Under the pieces are notes generated by a model that had not been told where the DNA came from, made no database searches, and saw nothing but the letters and a program-made list of their open reading frames with translations. The translations under genes and the position numbers were made by a program. From Antedon mediterranea (lineage: Eukaryota > Animalia > Echinodermata), in assembly GCF_964355755.1 (NCBI RefSeq), contig NC_092671.1, positions 16,058,001-16,122,000 of the forward strand: 64,000 nt of DNA. The letters run 5' to 3'. This document shows, piece by piece, positions 1 to 24,700 of this stretch (the stretch's first letter is position 1; the number at the start of each line of letters is the position of its first letter).

Positions 1-124
1 TATCTATGTAATAACATAAATATTCAGTTAAAACTATTTGTAAAGAGGAAACTACTAATTTCTTTGTATAACAAACTATATAGATATATTTAATGATAAC
101 AATTATGTTTTTTTATGTACTTAG

Positions 125-1781
125 CAAGCTATTCTAAAAGTTCCACAAGTTCAACATCAGTATTAGCGACATTAGCTGCCCTGGCTGAGGCTTCTGCACC
201 CTTAGATAAACCAGGTAATTCATATCATTAATTAATCAATTATTCACATTTTAATATGTAAATTTGTATTTTATTCTATTATGTTGCCCAAGCATCAATT
301 AGAAAGAGGGATTTAGAAATGAGAAATTTCTGTTAATGGCAATAATATTTAGTTTTATTGAATTATTTTTATTATTGAAAAACTTCTACTGGGCCCACAA
401 TATAAAATAGAGTTACTATTCATAATGCATGCAATTTTTTAAATAAATTATTGTTTTTAGCCGAATACAAAATGAAGTTTGAATAGGCTGTTTTACATTT
501 TAATTGTATGAAAGATAAATAAGACAATTTTGGGTCAGTCAATTATCAATAATTATTAAGTTACCGAACCAAAAATTTAAATGAAGGCGTCACCTCTGTA
601 ACTCCTAGTAAGACAGCATTAACCAGTATTTACTGTGAGATTACCTACTGAATTGTTATTGTTTATTTCAGTTAGTCCTAGCGATGCGTTAGCCTGGCTG
701 GAAGCAAATGCTGTAGATGGTAGCCATGGATTTTCAATCACAGAGGCAGGGAGGCTGGCTTTAAACCTGGCTAAGGCTAATGACCACACTCAGCAAAATA
801 ACCTTCTAAATTCTTCAATGCAGCATGTTCAAGTATGTTTCTCCATTAACTTACTTTACAAAAACGGGTTCCGTTAATAACTCACTGTAAATACAGTACA
901 GATAATGTTATATTCATTTTTTCTAGTCATCTATTATCATTATATTTTAATATATAATGTGTATTGATAAATATAATGTATTGAAACACATTTATTGTAC
1001 ACAAAAATGTGGTAAAAAATGTTGTTGAATTTCTAATATATCACATATTACTTTTTAGTTGCTTGGAAACAACCCACAAAAGGTGATAACGATTGTGACA
1101 GACCCAACCAGCGAGTTAACAGCTGCAGATTTGTCATCCATCAAAGCTGCGGCAACAGGGGTCGGTACTAGCCCTGTACTACTTGCCCTACCAGCGGAAA
1201 CACCTTCAGCAAGTATTAAGCTTATAACACAAGATGTACAGGTAAATTAATTACGATTAGTATATTTATTTATGAATAATAAATCAGTTGTTGCTACCCA
1301 CAAACAAAAATTGATATCGAAATAAAAATGACATGTTGTTAATGACTTATAATTGATTGAATAATTAAGTATACAAATTAACTCGGGTAAAACTGGACAC
1401 ATTTGAGCTTTATCAGAATTGTTTGCTTTTCAGAATCCCATTTTGAATAGTTTGAAAGAATTTGAGATATAACCAGTTTTCTTGAAGCTGTTAAGCAGCC
1501 CTGTCTACACTATCAAACTAATTTTTTTTTAAAGTTTGATGTGCCCAAATATAGTAGTGATATGACATCATTGTGTCTATTATATGGGCACATGCACATA
1601 AAGTTTGATAGTGTAGACAAAGCCGTAGAGGCTTGATTTGATTGTATTTTCTTATTTTGTCCATGTTTAGACAAAGGCTGACCGAGCTATGATAGAAGCG
1701 GTACAAAAACAAGCGGAACAACTCAAACAACAGATTCAACACAATCAAATTGTTATTGAAAAAGCTAATGAAGCAACTTGA
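125..1781 (+). CDS. GABPB1: GA-binding protein beta-like, 3' part (last 4 coding exons; 5' exons lie upstream of the window)
   Basis: GT-AG exons 125-214, 672-832, 1059-1241 and 1671-1781 (TGA) splice in frame. They encode STSVLATLAALAEASAPL and QKVITIV, motifs characteristic of GABPB, and end in a coiled-coil-like tail (EAVQKQAEQLKQQIQ). GABPB1 versus GABPB2 cannot be resolved for an invertebrate. Confidence 0.85.
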
Positions 1782-2595
1782 CCTTGATGGTGAACTTTTA
1801 CAAACGTTAAGGTTGTATTCTAAAAGAAACATTTCATTGACCGTTTTGAGATTGACAATCCAGTTTTATACAAGAGTGTGCCAAAGTTTTGTACAAATTT
1901 ACTTTCAAGATGTTCACAATTGGTCACCTGGATTTCTGATGGCATAGTGTTAAGCTCTGTCCACACTATCCAGCTAGTTTGACAAAAAAAAGTGTGATGT
2001 GCCCACATATGGTGGTGATATGCCTAAATATAATAGTGATTAACATCATCATGTCCATATATGTGCACATCACATTTTTGGTCACATAAAGTTTGATAAT
2101 GTAGACAGAGCTTTACTGTGTAGCTGGACCTCATTATGGTATGTTTGTAGCAATACCACAGAGCTCTTGCCGATTCACCAGCCTTTAAAACATTTTAAAC
2201 AACTTGTGAGGATCGTTGTCTAGTTATTATACAGTTAGGGGGAAAATGGCTGTGGTCATGTTACAAAGTCAGTAAAGAGTTGTCAAAACAATATATAGAC
2301 TTACTATCTGATAACTTAACCACATAAAACTCCTAGAAAGTAGGAAGCCTTTTGCCATTTTCGCCCTGACTGTATAAATAACATGCAAAAAGCAGTAAGT
2401 TTCTAGGGGTGAAATTTTCAGGTAAAATGTGATACAAGTGATTCTACAATTTTGTTTGCTAGAATCTAATCTAAAGCTCTGTCTACACTATCAAACTAGT
2501 TTGAGGAAAAAAAGTATGATGTGCCCAAATGTGGTAGTGATATCATCATCATGTCCATATATGGGAACATAAAGTTTGAGAGTGTAGACGGGGCT
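1497..2595. mobile_element. Three copies of a ~120-160 bp palindromic MITE (PIF/Harbinger-like): ~1497-1624, 1953-2112, 2475-2595
   Basis: TIRs AGCTCTGTCTACACTA...TAGTGTAGACAGAGCT. TSDs are TTA/TTA (copy 2) and TAA/TAA (copy 3). All share an internal GTGCCCAAATATGGTAGTGATATG-like motif. Superfamily is inferred from the TWA TSD. Confidence 0.75.
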
Positions 2596-2672
2596 TAAAA
2601 AACATTGATAATGTAAAACAGAATTTTCTTGACACATGATTGAGTGGGAAGATCTGTGCTTTACATACAGTA

Positions 2673-2746
2673 TGGTTTTTAAAAGTAATTTCCAGCTGTG
2701 GTTTTTAAAAGTAACTTCCAGCTGTGGTTTTTAAACGTAACTTCCA
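2673..2746. repeat. 26-bp tandem repeat, ~3 copies
   Basis: The unit TGGTTTTTAAAAGTAACTTCCAGCTG is repeated about three times. Confidence 0.8.
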
Positions 2747-2830
2747 ACATGGTGTTAATGCCTTGATCATGATTGCTGGTTTAATGTATTAATATTTTCT
2801 CAAAAAATTTCCTCTGGTTTCAATGGATAT

Positions 2831-2924
2831 TAAATAAATAAAGGTTAACTTTTAGTTAAACCATTTGACAAGTAAGTAAGTACTTGTCAACTGGTTTAAC
2901 TAAAAGTTAATCTTTATTTATTTA
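2831..2924. repeat. Near-perfect 94-bp inverted repeat (44-bp arms, 6-nt loop)
   Basis: 2831-2874 is the reverse complement of 2881-2924 with 2 mismatches. Confidence 0.9.
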
Positions 2925-4605
2925 TTAATATTTTTATGATGATTTTTGCAGTTTAGTTTGGAGTAAATCAAATGTACACATGTGATCAAATACAGTCAGA
3001 ACAAGCACCGAGTCAAAATTAAATTAGAATTTAGCAAGGGGGAACTGGATTCCTAAACTATTCACACCCAACATATTTCATAACCTTAACCTACCGTCCA
3101 GCCTAAAAAGTCAATTGCACAGTCTATAAGCTTGTCTTGTTAGAGAGAGGTGACAGGTTCCAATCATGTATTACTGTAAATCTGTACAAATTATTTCTTT
3201 AAATTATTTTGGTGACAGATAAAATGGCTTTTATAGTTTTTGGATGTAATATATTTAAAAATGCTGGTTGGTTATTCACATTTGATGTGTGGTTCTTGGT
3301 TGGTCAGTTAGTTGGGAAGTAAATATACATTAAAACTAAACTTTGTAATTATGAATTACAAATTCTTGTATTACATACAACCATGTGATTAGGTGGGGTA
3401 TTACTTTTATAAATACTAAAGCATTTTCAGTATACATTCAACAAACATTTTTTGTTTTAAGGATTTAAAATGGTAATGTCTAACATTTGAACATTACCTT
3501 TATTTTAGCAAATATGGTAATTGTTGTCATTCGGTGGATGCTTGCTTTTGTTGATATTTTGTATAAATTTACATTTCTAAATATCAGTATTTAAAAGATA
3601 TCAAAACCTTTGACAATGTTAGTTTTTATTTTAAAAACATTTTGAATAACTTCCAGATATTTCCTAATTACAAAAAGTTAGAAAAAACTGTTTATTTAAT
3701 TTATCTACTGAAATCCGAATGTTGAATACATTATCAGTATTTATGATATTAATCGCCAATATTCCGATTTCAGTTGATTATGATTGTACTGTATTAGCAG
3801 TATTCTAATAATATGGTGCCATAAATATTAAATATATTAAAATAAATTACATTTTACAATATTATATCAGCTTCTAATATCTTAATTTAATATTTGTTTT
3901 TTTTTTATGATTTTCTACTGTAAGTTATTAAAAAATATAAAAATGTATACAAAGCTTCATAAACAAACACGAAAATGTCCCTCGAGCTGTAATATTCAAT
4001 GAAATAAAATTGTAATTGTACTTTTTGAGTTATGAACTTTTGATAATTAATTTCAAAATTTGGCAGATCTAATTTCATGTTGTTAATTTTTTGTTGAAAT
4101 CAATTATGTTGCCACTCGCTCAAATAAACTGCATTTTATGTACATAGTTCTGTTAGGGCAGATTATCTGTTGACTTATATGAAGTTATGTAAATAATATT
4201 TATTCCGATATTGCATTTCCTAATTTAAAAAATGGAAATAATGTATGTATGTATTAGATCATGTGAATTAAACATGTTGGATATGGATTCATATAAATGT
4301 GTTGATTATTTTATGGTTTCTTAAAAATACATTCATACTCATACAAACGACAATCCTATAGACCAATATTGGATACTTTTACTAAAAAAATTGTTTGCTT
4401 CAAATGTCCAGATAATAATAATTTTAAATATTGTTAAACCACAAAACATCACTTATCACAGTTATCTTTAGTTTCGGAATCAGTATTTCGACAGTTTTTC
4501 ACATTAAAAATGTATAAAATAAAATAAAACACATAATCAACGTTGGTGGCCCACTTCTAAAAAACACATTGGTGGAATGTTGGATGTTTATGTTGTAAAA
4601 ATAAG

Positions 4606-14740
<10,135 letters not shown>

Positions 14741-17700
14741 TCAATCCACCAAAAACAGATTTATGAAACAGATGAATATTATATTTTAAAAAGTGTTTAG
14801 AGATAACAGGGTCTCCAATACTGGACAGCAACAATAGTCGTATATTGTTTGAAGGTTTGCATGGCAAAATCAATATTTCTTTTCAGAACTAAATATATGT
14901 GGTGTACCGCAAACTTTATATCAACAATGTTTATTATGGTTCATTTAAAAATTTTAAACAGTTTTTTTTGTCATAAAGATCGTTTTGCTGCCTACTTTTT
15001 ACTCGGGGGGAATAAACAGGTTTAGCCTACCCTACATTATTTTGTGGCCGTGTTTCCACAGCTATAACAATTATCGGTTAACTTTAGCTGTGGAAACTCT
15101 GTGAAGAACGATAAAACAATCGATGGTTGCCACACATGTGCAGAAAATGTCACTGTGTTTACCAGCAGAAAATATATCTGATGTCATTGTTATCAACAGA
15201 GAATAGTCAAATGAGGTCAAATTGAGCTAGAAATTGTGCAAGGAAAATCTGTATTCTTGTGCTCAATAGAAACAGGCCATATGATCATTGGTTGAAATTT
15301 GTAGACTAAAATTATGGTTATCAACAAGAATCATCGACCTGCCATGTATAAAATATAGTATTAAAATTGTTGCTATCTAAAGGTAGTTATGAATTTGAAA
15401 ACAAACTTAGTTTCTGTGAAATGTAGAATGACAACCAACACTATTTATTTTCTTAGACCAGAAGCATTCTGCAGAATAAAAATATGTATGTGTACTATCA
15501 AGTGTCTAGATATGCTGTGTATAATGTATTTATTTACCAACTATCTATAACCTGTGTAGATTTTTAAAAAAACCAAAAAAACAGAACTCTATTAAAATAC
15601 ATATGCAACAATATAAATATGTTAACAATAACATACTGGTATAATAGTACAGTATAAACAGGTTTCCATATTCTTGAACTGTAATCTCACTGCTTCCGCG
15701 AGTGAGGTCCAACCAAGGTGCACGCCATTTTCTCTCAAGATGTCTACTACTACTATTATATATACAGTAGTGTACATTAGTGGGTTCCCATAAAACACAA
15801 CAAACCCTCATCTGCACACATTATGGTCATGCTGTCTTTCCCGTACTGGATTTAGCCAAATGCAAGCATGCATTAGACATAGATGTGCAAAGCCAAGCAA
15901 TACATACAGGGCCCCTTGTCTGAAATTTCCCTCTTAATAATTATCCTCGGTTTGTTGTACAAGGTTTGAGATGCATGAAAACTATCAAATATTGCATTAT
16001 GGTAAATTGAATGGGAAAGAATCGGCTTATTGCTGTCTGTAGGAAATCAACTGAATTACTCATCACATATTTCATAACTGCTTACTTTGACTCTGTATGT
16101 TTTTAATTATTTCAACAATGTTTCAATAAAAAGATAATGAATATAAACTACAAGCAATCTAGTTTAACAACATCTATGTTATAGTAACTTTTGGTTTTAA
16201 TCATTTAATATCGGTTAAAAAAATAATAAATTGAAGCTGGGTTAAATGATATATTTTTAAAAAGATCGATTTTTAAATATTTACAATTCTGTATGACTTG
16301 AGGGGACGTTATTTTTTACCCATAGATTGTTTAATATGAAAATAAGAGACGAGTTTAATATCTGAATATGAGTAGGGGATTTTCTAAACAAGTAGTGATC
16401 AACAGTGAAATACAATATAATTCATTATCAAATTATTAGAAGATTTCGTTCAAATTAGTGAAAGTGAAATACATATTAAATGCAAGTCATTATATTATAT
16501 TGTTTGTTCATCAAAGGGAAATTAAACTGAAAATGTACTAATAGATTTGAAGACGTCATGTATTTGCGTAATTAGATGATGAGTATTGGTGTCCAAGGTC
16601 GGTATCCTTTGAACTGATACAGATAATGAGCTAATAATTAGCAATACATCATGTTTAGACACATTATGAGCAGTGTTATTAAACCAACATACAAAACCAA
16701 TCTATTTGACGTTTTCATTAAATCAATTCTGAATTCAGCCATAAAAGAACCTTCTAAAAATAACATCATCAGTATTCAAAGTACAGGTATAAATTTACAT
16801 AAAAAAATAATTATTGTTTTCAAACATATGTTCAATTACAACATGGATTAGTGAAACACAGTTGTTTACAGTTATAGGAGATAGAGGTACTATATTGACT
16901 TGCCATAAGCCAAAGCCAGTCTTTTTTTTTTCGTTATTAGTATTACTGTGATTTTTACCCATAACTGGAGTATACGTACAGGCACGGATTTAGGCAGGGC
17001 TAAAGAGGCTTTAACCACCCGCTAAAATTTAACAGCCATCTATGCATTAATGCAAATCAAAACAAGTCACTGTCAACTCTGCATGAAGAACAATCAAGGG
17101 TACGCAAAAAATGTTGTCACTGTGTTTACTGGTCAGAAAAAGCTTGATCGTTTTGCCGATTGATGCGCGATATATAAGAGTGTCATTTCCAGGCCAACTA
17201 GACTAGTGGGAGGTGCAAGATTACTTAAAGTCGCTCGCCCCTAATTCAAAATCCTGAATCCGCTCCAACGTATAACACTACAGGTGTGGCAAAGTTTACC
17301 GATATTAAACCGAATGGCTGTCTAGAACCAAAATTGATACTGTATATAGTATAGTAATATAACATCACAACAAACAACAACAGTTATCTCAAAAACTTTT
17401 ATTTCGACCTCAAATGGTGAAATGTCAAAAAATGTCCGTGGATATTAAACGGTACCGGTATTCTGCCATTTGAAAGATAAAAAATATAGTAAAAAAAATC
17501 ACGTCAAAAAATTGTGTCCCCAAAAAACACACCTTTACAAATGGGTGTCAATCATACCTGGACCTTTGACCTTTCTGCACTCCACAGACTATCTATATAA
17601 ATATAGACATTAACTTTTTTCATCCCCAATAGAATACATCTTTCTATCTAACGCTTATGTACTGTATTCATAAACAATACAACATTGAATCTAAAGACGC

Positions 17701-19501
17701 ATCTCATATTTCCCAGGAAAATTAGTAATTCATTCAAATTTGTTTCTTGCGAACATTATTTTCTGCGAATTAAGCACAAAGAAAACAATGCCATATAATT
17801 ACAACATATGTATGACTTAACATAATTTCAAATGTTGAGACAAAATAAAAGTACATTTTTAATATCAGACTGTATGACATATTTTATATTAATTCTAAGC
17901 TACAGTAAATAGTGTAGATGTAAACAGGAGTGAACACGACAAACACAGCATGCATCTGCAGGGCCCAGCCCATTTCTTGTTATTGTAAGAGTTATTCTTA
18001 AATATATACTCCAAACTCCACTCATGTAAACCGGAAAACCTATCTAAAACTTTACGGTACTTTCCAAAGTTCCCAAATTCTTACCTACTTTTTAAAATGC
18101 ACTTTGAATAGGGGACTTTTCCCCAAGCAAACAGAGTTTAAAATCAAGTTTAAACCCTATAACCTTCCATCCAATATACACAATTTACAACTAAAAAAAA
18201 CTTCACTTTAACTGTATTAATACCTGAATTGTTCTAAATGTTACCACATATTGTAACAAACAATAAATTAATATCTAAAACTTAAACTTACAGTAATCAG
18301 TAAATTTAGTTAAATACTTAATCCTTACCAATCCAAATAATTAATATTACAAAAAATGACTGTTTTATATCAAACAGTAAATTCACATTATTCATCTAAT
18401 ATTAAAATTCTTTAAAAATTTCTCAATACAGCTAAAATTTATTATTAATTATTGCAGTAAAGATGAGCATTAATGTGGTAAATTTAATGTCTGTAAATAA
18501 TCATTGTTTTAACAATAAAATAATGTTAATTTTTAGCATTAATGTACTGCACATTTTATGTTAAAATGCAAGTTGATTGCCATGTTCTTAAAAGTAGTTT
18601 CCTGCACTTTAAAATATTATTTCTTAACCAGTTAATAGTGAAATTATGTAACTTCACTCTATCTATCATAGTAGATATCATACAATGGTTTCATATTTCG
18701 ATTAAATATAGTTGAACATAATAAAAAAACATGTATAAATTGATGAAAATAAGTCATTCTTATTTATCCTTAAATACAAACAAACCAAAATAAATTACAA
18801 AAACCATGCTTTTTTTTTTGCTTTATGTTATATCTACACTATTTCTCCTAATTATGCGTAAATAGCTGAATAAATCTACTATTTGTGCTTTAAAGAATTA
18901 AAAGGACATCAAATTAAAAGAAATCTTGTGTTTTTTTAACACAGGATTTAAATTGGATTTGGTTTCCTTGGTCAGACCATGTAGCTAATTCTATGGCTCT
19001 ACGGTTAGACAAAAGTTTCATAAACATTGAAATGAGTTGGATTTTATTTCTATTCCTCAATGCAGCAACATATGTACCAGTATCTATTCACATGTACAAA
19101 GTACAGTTATTAAACAATAGGTTAAATGATAAACATGATATTTCTATATACTGTATAGGTCCATGCTGTAACATACACAAACAACATTGGCGTTGTATAT
19201 ATGTGTCTCTTTCCAACCCAATCAAAATAAAATTTTGCATAAAAATTACTCCTAATTTGGAGGGTGGGTTTATACGTGTATCAAACAAAGGTCAAGACAT
19301 ATTTACTATGGGTAATTGGTAACAGTAATTGCACTCTAAGAGCTTAAGTTTTGATTGAGATCAGAGGTCCAAAGAAATCCATCAACACACAGCTATACAG
19401 GACGCCACAAAATAAATATCTGTGAACTGTCTTATCATCATTTAAATTGACTGGTAATCAACTGTTGAATGAAGAAGACTACTACAAAAAATAGATTTAA
19501 A

Positions 19502-19648
19502 TATCAAACTAGTTTGACAAAAATAGTGTGATGTACCCAAATATGGTAGTGATATTCACAAATATGGTAGTGATATGATACCAACATGTCCATATATGGG
19601 CACATAACATTTTCTTGTCACATAAAGTGACATAGTGTAGACAGAACT
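19502..19648. mobile_element. 5'-truncated palindromic MITE, same family as 1953-2112
   Basis: TATCAAACTAGTTTGAC...TAGTGTAGACAGAACT matches the family. Confidence 0.7.
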
Positions 19649-21753
19649 TTATGAATTAACTTTTACAACAATAAGATAATTGTATAGTGAGGATCCCTAT
19701 ACTTTAAATGGTGTAGATGTGTACCAAAAATAAAAATACAATTGACTTTAAATTTAGAAACAGGGAGTACAAATATGACATAAGATATGCAAAAACCTAG
19801 CAACCATGCGTGTTGCCATGAATGCTAAAAGGAGCCATAATCATAGACATAACGTCAGATAGAAGGCGGAAAAGGATAGAAATTAAAGAGACAACATGGA
19901 TGGAGCAATGTAGAGAGAGCCGAGAATAAATAAAAGGCATCCGCCAACTATACGATTGATCAGTGTTTATTTATATGTCGGGGTCCATAGCATATAATAA
20001 GGAACACCAAATTATAAGTTATAGTAAGAGCAGGAAGAGGGAGTCGTGGGGGGAACATACAATCAAGATTGGACTAGGCCAGCCTAAACAAATCTAATAT
20101 AACAAACCATCACAGAAAATCAATTACTGTAAATAGCTTTAAATATACTGGTACTAAAACAACCAACGTTTAATGACACTGAATTTATTTGACTAAAAAC
20201 CTACAGGTTAGCATGGACAGTAGGTCTTAATGCAATGTTCTTTGGGCAAGATATTTTGGGCTAAAACTAAGAGTACTAAAAGTAGTAATGTCAATTACTT
20301 TGACTTCATTAAAGATGATACTAATCAAGCGAATTGGAAAAGCACACATAAGATATATAATATAATAATGTACACATATTTACAGAAAAAACACACATCA
20401 ATTAAGTTATTAAATAAATACTACACAGGGGGAAATATATTATATATATTGTGGAAATATGAAAGGTAAAATCTATATCTAATTGTTTTAATAGTAAAGA
20501 TATTTACTAAATAATTTGTCATACATGCAACATCATGCAACTATCTAAATTGGCAATTCATTGAATTAACTAACTTTGATTGTAAAATACTTTTGTTCTC
20601 TACAATTCTAAAAAAAAAGTGCATTGTGGATATTTTGTGTATAGAATAAATTATAATTAGGTTTAGTGACTATTCACTATATATACTTATATAACTCTAC
20701 TCGGTAGTGACTTATTAATCCAAGACTTAAAAAGTGGGTGTATTTATTTTAGGCAATACCTTGCAGAGCAGTATGCAGCCATGCAACTTTTAAACCAATC
20801 TTTTAAATAATTAACATTTACTTGTTGATTTAATGTCAAGCTTAAAATTTTCAAATTTTGACACATTTTCTGACACAAATTCGGACGAAATGTCCTGACT
20901 GACTGGGTTGAAACGTTCCTGCACTGAAACTTTCCTAACTCATTACCATACTTCCCAAAGATTCTTACGTTGTTGCGGCCTAGATTGGTGATTCTAGGCC
21001 TGATGAACAAGTAATTTGAAACAAGTTTGAGATTCGTGGAAAAGCGTGAGATTTTAGGTGCGGTGTGCGAGAGCGTGGTATTTGGTAAAAAACACAAGAT
21101 GCGCGGACTTGACGAGTGTGCACACCAGATTGGTTTTGTATGAAACTAATCTGGAAGATATCCGAGTAGAGAGAATATCTCCAACAAAAACAATAGGAAT
21201 GATTCAAACCGCTAAAAACAAAAAATGTAGCAAAATATGTTAATGCGTAGGAATAAAAATGATAAGTTATTGTTTTCATAAAGATATGTGTAATAGACGA
21301 ATCTGCAAATCAATATTTTAAAAAATTCATTAATTACAGTACTTACAGTATTTTAACTGCAAGTTCATTGATATGGAGTACTGTATAATTGTACAGCACA
21401 TTCAGACTGCAAGTCTAAAAAAAACTAGCAAATTATGATATTGTTTTTCTTTTAACAAACTGCAATTCAACCTAAACTAAGAAGTTTCAGTAAACTATAT
21501 TTTGTACTTTTAAACATCACACACTTCTCATTTTGGTATCTCCATCTTCTTGTCATGTTTATACAATATGGTATAATTCATGTTTTATACATTTTTATGT
21601 CTTAAGAAGATAGTATATCCAACTTCCAACCGGGAACTATCATTTACTTGTAACAGACCTGGTTTCTGTCATAAATCTGAGAATACTATATAGTATATAT
21701 ATTTATACAGATGACTAAGGTTTTATAATAAAAAATGAATTAAATAAATAATT

Positions 21754-24700
21754 TCATGATCCACATGGAAGAGAAGATAAATGACCTAAAGACCATGAAG
21801 CATCAAAAGAATCCGTATCCATATCTATAGAGTTTTCACTGCCGGAGAAACTAGAAGTTGTGCTTATTTGTTGTAGAATATTATCTTGTGTCAAGCTATT
21901 AGTCATGACATCATCTGTGACATTGCTGCCACAGTTTAGAGTACTGGTGAACATAGTGTTGGCAGCATTGCTATTTGTCAAAACAGTGTCTTCCCTATCA
22001 AGATCCCATGATGGCTCCATCATACTATTATCATCAGCACTTACTGAGGTAGTTACGCTTAGGTCTCCAGCTTGCTCATCAGTACCCAGAAAATCCTCCT
22101 CACTTATGCTTATTTCTTGTAAGTGTGATGGCAATGGAGTCAGACTTTCTTTGGCACTCCACATTGCTTGATATTTTGGCAGTAGAGCGTCAAATCCTAA
22201 CTCTGGCAGCGGTACCGACTGACTTCTCTGACTTTGTCTAATGGTCAATGATATTGTTGCATCAGCATTTAGCAACTGTGGACCGACATTTGTTAACGAG
22301 AATTGGGTTGGGGGTCCTGAAAGCCTACGTTGTCTTCTCCAAGCAGCTTGATCAATACTTCTGTTGTTTAACAAACTAGATGCATGTGCAACACACGGGG
22401 ACACTTCAACTTTTAATGGATTTGGTGAAGGGGGAGGCATACTCTCAGATTCTGACTGATACAGTTGTATATTACTGGCATTTGTAAGCATACATGACAC
22501 TGGAGTGGCACTTCTACTGTTTCCAGGTGAAGTTAGTACCCCAGCACCAATTGTTGTCTTTGACACATAGGGTTGGTTCATCTTTTTCCTCGAGGATGCG
22601 GATACCCTACGATTTCTAACAGGACGGATGTTACTCTGTCCACCTCTCAAGGCATTCAATTCCTGCCTAGCTGTTTTAGGTACCTGTCTGGGTGAGTCTT
22701 GACACATCACCAGTTGAGAATTTTTTTCAGAAAGATCAAGTTTTACACCCATGGTTGGCTTAGGTTTAGGCATTGGCTTGGGACTTATAGGTAAGCCATT
22801 TTGAAACCCTGTGTTTGCAATTGGAGTAAAGCTGAAGACATTACCAGATTCCGAAGGTCCAGGTGATGATATAGTCTGAATAACATAATGTTGCCCATGA
22901 GTTGGTGTGTGTGGTTGGGATATGTAACCAGGACTTGATGGTACACTAGTACTACCAGACTGTGCAACAACTGGCAGTGTGTTATTGTGAATGTTGTAGA
23001 TGGTGCCGATATTGTTAGTAGGAACCTGAGATGTATTAATCAAAGTCAATGAGTTTGCATTGGCTGAAGAGGCCCGTGGAATGGTTGAGTTTAATACTTG
23101 AATAGATGGTGAAGAGCATGTATTTTGCCAGTCATGGATATTGCCATCACTCCGCAACACTAACATATCCTGGAGAATGGAGCCAGTACTGGAATCAGGT
23201 TTATTAGTGGTCTTCACACATAGTCTAGTTGACTGGTCTTCCTTTTGTAGTCCAATAAGCTTGAGTAAACTAGCTGAGCTTGAATTATCACTTACATTTA
23301 ATGCTTGTGTTTCTGGTTTAAGTGACTTGTTGTCGCTCGATATATGTAGCTCATTGACTGAAATAGACCTACTCTGAAGTTTGACCTGATTCTCATTCAC
23401 AGAACCACCAGCTACTGAAATAGATACTGGTATAGGACCAGAGGTAATTTTCTTTGGAACGCGGGACATCATTGGTGTAGATGTCATCGGTGTAGACTCA
23501 GGTGTGGATATGTTAGATGTCAACTTTGAAGTGGTGTTATTTAGCACAACATTGTGCATATTACTTGACTGCACAGGAAGTGACAAAACTCTTAGGCTCC
23601 TTTTACCAATACTTATGGTGGAAGCGTTTGGCATAGTAGAACATGAACCTCCTACAATACCAGTCTGACAATTTGATTTTGTTGTCACTACACGCTGTGG
23701 ACTATTTGTAGAAATACTGTTTGTAGCAACGATGGTTGGTGCCTTTTTGATAGAATCAATGGCTGGTGTCCCACTACTTTTAGGATCTTGCAAGATAGCT
23801 GCACTTGTGCTTGGTGTAATTAATAAGTATGTTTGATCATTCACTTGAAGTACAGGTGTCACAGGTGTTACAGGTGTTGTACACTGCCTGGGTTGAGTTC
23901 CTGTCATCTGAGATCCAGCCATCGGGCTGCTCATTAAACAGATCACCTGTCCTCCTCTCTGTTGAGACTCAGAGATTGGTGTCTTTGGCATCAGTGGCTT
24001 AAGTTTTCTTGTGTTTGGACTTTCTTTATGACTGATATTATTCTGGTTATTAGCTGTGCTACTACAGAACTTCTTTGGAGATGACAATAAGTTATCATGA
24101 TCAGTAGCAACATCACTGCCGCTAAAGCTTGAATCCGATCCTCTTGAATGTCCGCTGTCGCTATCTATTTTCAATTGATAATCACTGTATACCATTTCCA
24201 CCGATTCAACAGTTTTGGAGGAATCTACTTGCTTTGGTACTGTTGTTGAAGTACAACTTGACTGCTTATTGGCCTCAGATTGTTGTTTCTGTTTGTGCAT
24301 TTGACGACGTTGTATTGTCCTCTGAAGATGTAAGTTAGTTTCCTTGTGAGTCAAAGCACCAGTTCTAACTCGGTGAAGCAGCTGTTTTGATGGATGCTCA
24401 ACAAGAAGATTAAAAGCTGCTGCAGATTTTCCCTGTACGTTATTGGTACTGACAAGATGTTTGGCTAAATCGACGACTGAAGTAATTGCACATCCAATTC
24501 GTTTAGATGCCCATTCACAAACTACAATGTTGGCAGAATCATTTATTTGTTGATCAGCACCAAGAATAGAACCATGTACCTGATGAAAACAAAGTACAAT
24601 ATATTTAATTATCTTTTAACATTCATACCAAATTATAGTTATTTCTTGATGTTTAGGTTGAATAATAATAAGTGTATGTTTGTGCGTGTTGTGAGGTGGT

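Noticed and set aside
15690-15930. GC-richer block between the MCCC2 and RFX 3' ends as a possible ncRNA
   Set aside because: No recognisable RNA family motif, boxes or repeat termini.
21754-24354. 866-aa ORF as a stand-alone gene
   Set aside because: It is part of the last RFX exon; the frame is open up to the acceptor at 24580.
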